Program-made: the position numbers and the translations under genes
Notes under the pieces: generated by a model
Seen by the model: the letters and a program-made list of their open reading frames with translations, nothing else
Database searches by the model: none
What the model was told of the DNA's origin: nothing
In this document: positions 58,509 to 64,000 of the stretch, in pieces
Layout: each line of letters starts with the position of its first letter
How positions within the stretch are numbered: the stretch's first letter is position 1
NCBI GenBank assembly: GCA_049287205.1
Contig: JBAQFJ010000001.1
Coordinates: 842,505 to 906,504 of the forward strand
DNA: 64,000 nt
Direction: 5' to 3'
Source of the DNA: Microgenomates group bacterium
GTDB taxonomy: Bacteria; Patescibacteriota; Microgenomatia; UBA10105; UBA927

Positions 58509-61500
58509 TCATTTCTTCTTCTTCTCATCATTTATGGACTCCATCGTTGCTAATGTAACGGTTGCTACTGGTATCACCCACCAGTATTTCCGAGGCAATC
58601 CATATAATACTCTCCATGGCATTGTCGAGTGCGTTTCCCTCCGTAACTTATTCAATAAATGAGGAGAATTGTCAAATAAACCAGCTCGTTGAATTTTATT
58701 CAGAAATGCTGCCATTTTAAATTCATCCCACGCATTGCCCTCTGGCCCCTGGAACCGAACAGAAAGTGAAACGAGCTCAGAAAGACTCAATGGGACGTCT
58801 TTAATTTTTCTTCCAAAAAGTTTATTTTTGTCCGCCCATTTTTCAAGAGCATTTACCCCACCCCTCTTCTTTTTCCCAATCTCGCCAAGTAAATGAAACG
58901 GCTGTAAATGATCGATTTCTACTTCACCAATATTTTTTAACAACGATGTCATACCCGGAATCCAACCAATAGGATTTAAAAATCTTGTGCCTCGATTTTC
59001 ATTAAATAAGCAAATTACTTTTAATAAACTATAGGTGGCTTGTTCCGCTCCATCACGGGTTGAGTAATTGTTAATGGCTGATTTATATTCTTTCAATTTT
59101 TTAACCAGATCATCAAATTTTTCCGGGCCCAAAAGATCAGCATCAGTAATAATTTGAAGCATTGTGTCGCGAGCCTGTGCCATATTCATCATATCTCTCC
59201 CACGACGATCAAGCGCAGCAGTACCAAGTTTAGCAAAATTCGAATCTGACCAATCAATCCCTGACAAAGCCAACGATATTGGGAATTTACTTTTAGACCA
59301 CTGAGGAATTACCTTTTTTGCCTCCGCTTGAACATCTAGGAGTACGGCTCGGAACAATTCCTTTTTCCCTGCGGTCACTGGACCTAATTTATCCATAAAT
59401 GGAGCAATCACTTCATTAAAATCATCTACCTTACTCAAATTTATTGTTCTCTCAAGGTACTTCTTATCATGCCACAATTTCGTTTGTCCTTTTGCTAATA
59501 ATTCTTGAAACAGTCGTTGATCTTTCACGCTTAGACCGTGACGTGCAAACACTTCATTCATTCGTTTTCCAGCCATCACTTCAATATAAGTAAGCGGCAT
59601 ACGATCAACCATTTTTTCTAAAATCCGCTGTCGAGCTGTCGCATTAGGTGCAATAAGTAGCTGTAACCCTAATGCAGCATTTTCCCAAGCCTCAGGCGAA
59701 AGCTTTGATTCAATCATTGCATGCTGAATTTGTGTAAGTAATCCTTCATCCAGTCGCCAAGCCGTCGCATCAAAATCTGCTCCTGTTCTCATAAAACCAG
59801 ACCCAAGCATTTCACTAAAAGAAATACCCATATCCTGTTCCGCAACTTCCATAAATCGGCGCAGACGCAGCGCTTCTGGATTTTCCTCTCCTTCCCAAGC
59901 TGAGAACCAATCTTTCGTGGTTGTTAACTTGGTCCCCTCTGGATATTGCGATGTTCGCAACATCGAAAGGACACGTTCTCCCATCGCGCCTCCAGTTTTA
60001 AATCTATATGCAAACAGTTCTGGATTGATAATCCGTTGAATATCCTCCATAAAAGGAGATACCATAACATATTTTCCGGATTGGTTATCTGTATATTTAT
60101 AGGATTTTAATTCCACATTTCTTGGACGAGTCACCATGAATGCTCCTCTGTCTACCATATATCCGGATCCAATTGTATGCAGACGAGCTGCCCATATTGC
60201 GTCTCTTAATTTCCAATGAATTTTTGCCAAATCATCTTCACTCATATTTTTCTGAACAGATAGATATTCTTCCATCATGTCAAACACTCGTGCCTCAAGT
60301 GGAGAAAACTCTTGATATCGCTCAACAGTAGACATTTTCGTCGGATCTTCTAATCGATCTCTTTCCTTAAGCCGGGTTTGTTGTTCAGCTTTTTTTGCGA
60401 TAAAATCTGGAAGTCTTTCCAATTCCTGCAGCTGGTTAGGTGTCAACTTATCCAAAGGAATTGATTTCAACTCTTCGAGATGGTGCGTAGCTTCAATCCA
60501 AGAAATACGCGCTTCACTGTACACAAGCACATCGTCGTCGTATAATCCAACCCCAAAGCCCACTGTATCAATGCCATCTTTTACCGTAGAGTTCATTTTA
60601 GTTTTGAATGCGTCTAATTCTGCTTTTTGCCCGAGTGCAAGATTTATTATTTGATTCCCTTCAAGTTTTCCTGCAATCGTTGCCTCCATATATCGACAAT
60701 ATAACTCATCAAAATTTAACACTTCATTCTTTTTAATAAGCAATCGTTCTTGAAGCCACTCCGGAATTGTTTGAAGATCCACATTACTCAAAATAAATTG
60801 TAATCTTTCGTTATACACCCCTTGTTTATCTCCTAACAACATTGGCGTCGCTTCATTCATAAATCCAATTGCTAATGAGGAATATTCATTATAATTGGCG
60901 TATGAATCCAAATCTGCACCCAATAATTTTCGGTAGGCCAATAACTTATCTTTAATATCACCCGGTATATAAGCCAACGCTTTTAATGTATATTCTTGTT
61001 TTCCACGATCTGACCATGCCATTTCAAATGGAACTTTTATTACTTTTGCTTTTTCTCCAAATATCCATTCAAGCGCTGTTTTAAATCGATCATATTTTGT
61101 CTGATCAGGTAGTTCTGGATGTTTTTGCTCTCTTCCGACTCCATAAATGTCCGCAATAAAGTCAGAAAAAAACTCTTTTATTTTTTCTAAATCTCCAGAC
61201 AGTAATAATTCTTGTTCTCTTGGATTAAATCCATATAAATTTAACGGTTCGCTGTCTGGATGCTGTGTAATTTTTTGCTGTTGCTCTTTAGATAATTGCG
61301 ACCAAACAACATCTCTTCTCTCTTGTGACAAATTTTTGTCGTTTTGCAACTCTTTCACTCTTCTGTTTGTCCTGTCGATATATTTTTTCAACTCCTCTTT
61401 CTTAACCTTAAAAAATTTCCTTTTCCCCTCATCATCAATCTTTACTCCATCTCCTTTTGTCATTTCTTTTGCAATATCCTCAAGATATCTAATTTCTTGA

Positions 61501-62246
61501 TCAAGCGTTATGTCTCCACGAAAATCAATTCTTTCCTGATATTCTTGTAAAAATCCATGTAAGTCTGAACTCATTCCACCACCATCTAACATTTCATCGT
61601 ATAGACGGAATCCCCGAAGCGAATATGTTAAATCTTCATCATTCAAGGGGAATGCGACGTTTTTATTTGTTTCTTTCAAATCCCGTATGTGCAAAATTGC
61701 CTTATTTACTAAGTTGATTTCTTCGGCTCTTGCCTTTACGTTGTCGCTCATTGACGCAGAAAGCTCTGACGTCAAATGAAAAAGAACATTGGGATCTTTA
61801 GCAAGATCTTCTGGTAACAAAGAAACCTTCTCAACAAATTTCGCGGCAGCTGCGCTATTTTCTATTTCCGCGGGTGTAAATGTCGAACCTAACCAATCAG
61901 GTTTATCCTTTGCCAAATTCCAAGCCGTTTCACACCGTTTATGCATCGTTTCAAATGAAGATAAATTTTTATAACGCAACGTTTCATTCAATTCTTTCAT
62001 CGCCATTGAAACATTGCCCTGATTAACATTAACTATTTCTGTGAGTTGCTTCGCTTTTAGCTGTTCTTGTTGAATGTATGTTTCATCACTTTCAATTGGA
62101 GTATGCTTTCTTTCAGCTAATTTCTGAATTTTCTCTTTCAGATATTCAGGCTTAACCTTCTCAATTTTTTTTGGTTCAGCGTCTGCGATTGCGGCGACCC
62201 ATTTTGACACTATCTCCGGAAGTGGTTGTTGACTACGTTCTGACAT
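58509..62246 (-). CDS. very large uncharacterised protein (1245 aa)
   Basis: Single uninterrupted ORF. No signal peptide. C-terminal hydrophobic segment WWVIPVATVTLATM. No motif recognised. Confidence 0.5.
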   Translation of the reverse strand: MSERSQQPLPEIVSKWVAAIADAEPKKIEKVKPEYLKEKIQKLAERKHTPIESDETYIQQEQLKAKQLTEIVNVNQGNVSMAMKELNETLRYKNLSSFETMHKRCETAWNLAKDKPDWLGSTFTPAEIENSAAAAKFVEKVSLLPEDLAKDPNVLFHLTSELSASMSDNVKARAEEINLVNKAILHIRDLKETNKNVAFPLNDEDLTYSLRGFRLYDEMLDGGGMSSDLHGFLQEYQERIDFRGDITLDQEIRYLEDIAKEMTKGDGVKIDDEGKRKFFKVKKEELKKYIDRTNRRVKELQNDKNLSQERRDVVWSQLSKEQQQKITQHPDSEPLNLYGFNPREQELLLSGDLEKIKEFFSDFIADIYGVGREQKHPELPDQTKYDRFKTALEWIFGEKAKVIKVPFEMAWSDRGKQEYTLKALAYIPGDIKDKLLAYRKLLGADLDSYANYNEYSSLAIGFMNEATPMLLGDKQGVYNERLQFILSNVDLQTIPEWLQERLLIKKNEVLNFDELYCRYMEATIAGKLEGNQIINLALGQKAELDAFKTKMNSTVKDGIDTVGFGVGLYDDDVLVYSEARISWIEATHHLEELKSIPLDKLTPNQLQELERLPDFIAKKAEQQTRLKERDRLEDPTKMSTVERYQEFSPLEARVFDMMEEYLSVQKNMSEDDLAKIHWKLRDAIWAARLHTIGSGYMVDRGAFMVTRPRNVELKSYKYTDNQSGKYVMVSPFMEDIQRIINPELFAYRFKTGGAMGERVLSMLRTSQYPEGTKLTTTKDWFSAWEGEENPEALRLRRFMEVAEQDMGISFSEMLGSGFMRTGADFDATAWRLDEGLLTQIQHAMIESKLSPEAWENAALGLQLLIAPNATARQRILEKMVDRMPLTYIEVMAGKRMNEVFARHGLSVKDQRLFQELLAKGQTKLWHDKKYLERTINLSKVDDFNEVIAPFMDKLGPVTAGKKELFRAVLLDVQAEAKKVIPQWSKSKFPISLALSGIDWSDSNFAKLGTAALDRRGRDMMNMAQARDTMLQIITDADLLGPEKFDDLVKKLKEYKSAINNYSTRDGAEQATYSLLKVICLFNENRGTRFLNPIGWIPGMTSLLKNIGEVEIDHLQPFHLLGEIGKKKRGGVNALEKWADKNKLFGRKIKDVPLSLSELVSLSVRFQGPEGNAWDEFKMAAFLNKIQRAGLFDNSPHLLNKLRRETHSTMPWRVLYGLPRKYWWVIPVATVTLATMESINDEKKKK

Positions 62247-62300
62247 AACTTTCGCTTTCTTACAAGAAGTATACTATACACAAGATGGCTTCAACAAGCA

Positions 62301-63035
62301 TCATTCCTCAATTTTAAATGGAAGATGCTGTTTAAAATCAGTGTTGTCTTTTCTTTGTATTATCTTTTTTTCTTTCGCATCTGTTGCGTTTCCGTTTTCC
62401 AATACCTCATCTGCCTCACTATATGTAAACCCTAATTCATTTTCATCCGTCTGCTCCGGCCACAAATCTGCTGATGGTGGCTTTGTGATAATCACTTCAG
62501 GAATCAGTAGATATTTGGCGAGCTCAAACACTTGTGTTTTGTATAAATGCACAATCGGCTCTACATCACTTGCCTCATCGCCAAACCGGGTAAAATATCC
62601 AAGTTCATGTTCACTTTTGTTTTCCGTCCCCATGACGAGTGCATGGTGTTTTTTTGCATGATCAAATAGGTAAGTCATACGAACACGCGCCATGATGTTT
62701 CCTTTTCTTATACGATCCATAAATGGATCGATTCTGACAATTTGATCTACTGTAGGTTTAATATCAATCCGTACAATATGACTTATGGGAATTTTTATCT
62801 TCTCGACAAGCTCCATCGCGTCTATGACTCCTTTTGTATTTAATGGTCCATACGGCAACAGTATCGGGTAAACGTGTTCTAGCCCTAATGCGCGAACCGC
62901 AAGGACACAGGAAATAGCTGAGTCAACACCACCTGATAGACCGATCACAGCGTCTGTAAATCCGGCTGTTTGAAATGATTGTTTAATAAATGCGATGATG
63001 CGTTCGACTTCTTGCTCTGGATTAATCTGTTTCAT
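62301..63035 (-). CDS. nadE: NH3-dependent NAD+ synthetase
   Basis: PP-loop SGGVDSA motif. Confidence 0.85.
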   Translation of the reverse strand: MKQINPEQEVERIIAFIKQSFQTAGFTDAVIGLSGGVDSAISCVLAVRALGLEHVYPILLPYGPLNTKGVIDAMELVEKIKIPISHIVRIDIKPTVDQIVRIDPFMDRIRKGNIMARVRMTYLFDHAKKHHALVMGTENKSEHELGYFTRFGDEASDVEPIVHLYKTQVFELAKYLLIPEVIITKPPSADLWPEQTDENELGFTYSEADEVLENGNATDAKEKKIIQRKDNTDFKQHLPFKIEE

Positions 63036-63586
63036 ACATATAATTTGTGTTCTTTAATATATTCACTGACACCTTTTGGCACAAAGTTTTCAATGGATAG
63101 CCCACGTTTTACCCGCTCCCTGATTTTTGTGGAAGAAAGATTGGAGGCAATGAGTGCCGTGTTTGACAACACACGCATATGTTCATAAACCGGTTCATTC
63201 GGATACCCATAGCGCGGGAAAATAATAAAAGGCAATTGTTTTAACAGTTCTTTATATTCTCCCCATAAATGAAACGTTGCGAGCTGATCAGAGCCAATAA
63301 TGAATGTGTATTCATGTTCTTTTGGAAGGTGTGGTAACAAATGAATTGTTTTCCCATCTAGTTTATTATCAATTTCAATCGTGGATATCTTTGTGCGTGC
63401 AAGCGTCAAACACTGCGTCATCGCAAGTCTGTCTACAACAGACGCAACGGGTTCATGAAAACTCTGCCCATAATTTGGCACAAACCATATCTCGTCAAAC
63501 CCGCCAAAATCCAAACACTGCTGGGCGATGAATATGTGTCCTATATGTGGCGGATTAAATTTTCCTCCGAAGAGTCCTATCTTCAT
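63032..63586 (-). CDS. nadD: nicotinate-nucleotide adenylyltransferase
   Basis: MKIGLFGGKFNPPHIGHI (HxGH nucleotidyltransferase motif). Confidence 0.85.
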   Translation of the reverse strand: MKIGLFGGKFNPPHIGHIFIAQQCLDFGGFDEIWFVPNYGQSFHEPVASVVDRLAMTQCLTLARTKISTIEIDNKLDGKTIHLLPHLPKEHEYTFIIGSDQLATFHLWGEYKELLKQLPFIIFPRYGYPNEPVYEHMRVLSNTALIASNLSSTKIRERVKRGLSIENFVPKGVSEYIKEHKLYV

Positions 63587-63609
63587 AATGGCTAAGTATA
63601 GAGGATTAC

Positions 63610-64000
63610 TTACGACTTCTCAATTGTTTTAGTATAGCGCTCACGGCTAGACCTGATCACCTTTTCCCTGCTTTGGTTGTGGCTTCTTGGAAGCGGTAGA
63701 GTTGTGGCCGAAAATGGGCTTGACGTGTGATTATCAATCGAAAGCTTTAACACGATCTGATAATTGCCAAGTTGCACCAATTCTTCTTCTTTATATTTGA
63801 GCCCGAACTCACGGGCAAGCGGTCTGGCATCCGTGGCTCCCACACAAAACGAAATGATAGATCCTGCATTTCCAAAAATAGCATTTTGCACATCCTCATC
63901 GATTTGCCCGATATATTGGTTGGCAAGTGTCAGATTCAACCGATATTTTCTTGCTTCAGAAAGAATTTTGATAAATGAACTCGTTGCAAAATTTTGGAAT
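63610..64000 (-). CDS. FtsK/HerA/VirD4-superfamily ATPase, C-terminal fragment (CDS continues beyond window end)
   Basis: Frame stays open to position 64000. ARKYRLNLTLANQYIGQ ... AIFGNAGSIISFCVGATDARPLAREFG resembles the C-terminal RecA-fold segment of FtsK and T4SS coupling/VirB4 ATPases. Confidence 0.45.
   Translation of the reverse strand, partial: FQNFATSSFIKILSEARKYRLNLTLANQYIGQIDEDVQNAIFGNAGSIISFCVGATDARPLAREFGLKYKEEELVQLGNYQIVLKLSIDNHTSSPFSATTLPLPRSHNQSREKVIRSSRERYTKTIEKS

Noticed and set aside
589-62661. Many short ORFs in the track lying antisense to or inside long well-supported genes (e.g. 589..879, 1254..1583, 4327..4773, 13342..13815, 21162..21743, 44742..45230, 50650..50913, 60140..60331)
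   Set aside because: They overlap genes with clear catalytic motifs on the other strand or frame. They lack RBS context and have low-complexity composition. Treated as spurious.
1-64000. CRISPR arrays, transposases, integrases or prophage genes
   Set aside because: No spaced direct-repeat arrays and no recognisable IS or phage integrase motifs. The only mobile-like signature is the tRNA-fragment duplication around the GIY-YIG gene.
1-64000. Alternative genetic code (UGA recoding as in some CPR lineages)
   Set aside because: UGA terminates clearly complete genes (e.g. smpB at 39635-39637). Long ORFs are intact under the standard code.

Overview
Low-GC, gene-dense window that looks like a small-genome Patescibacteria/CPR-type bacterium. 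Standard genetic code; UGA is used as a stop (e.g. smpB). Contents:
(1) A minus-strand cobalamin island: nrdR, class II (B12-dependent) nrdJ, a PduO-type adenosyltransferase, then two near-identical cobalamin-riboswitch-like leaders. One precedes DUF4430 plus an ECF S-component (CbrT-like). The other precedes an uncharacterised acidic 561-aa protein operon.
(2) Glycolysis (gap, pgk), two tandem class-A PBPs, uppP, dnaG-rpoD, nadD-nadE, SOD plus desulfoferrodoxin, a SET-domain protein co-operonic with a triple zinc-ribbon protein, a Crp-family regulator divergent from a cupredoxin gene.
(3) A cluster of seven tRNAs containing all four tRNA-Ser isoacceptors, a duplicated tRNA-Ser 5' fragment flanking a GIY-YIG gene, and smpB followed by a tmRNA with canonical 5' end and PK1.
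(4) An archaeal-type mevalonate operon (HMGR, HMGS, thiolase, DUF35, two GHMP kinases with one fused to an IDI-like Nudix domain, MVD) ending in uppS.
(5) The most unusual locus: eight paralogous VirB2/TrbC-like helical-hairpin membrane proteins (2 + 6 in tandem), an ECF sigma/anti-sigma pair, a VirB6/TrbL-like polytopic protein, a 1245-aa orphan protein, and a FtsK/VirD4-superfamily ATPase fragment at the window edge. This looks like a T4SS-like or novel surface-filament system.
No CRISPR, transposase or integrase was seen.
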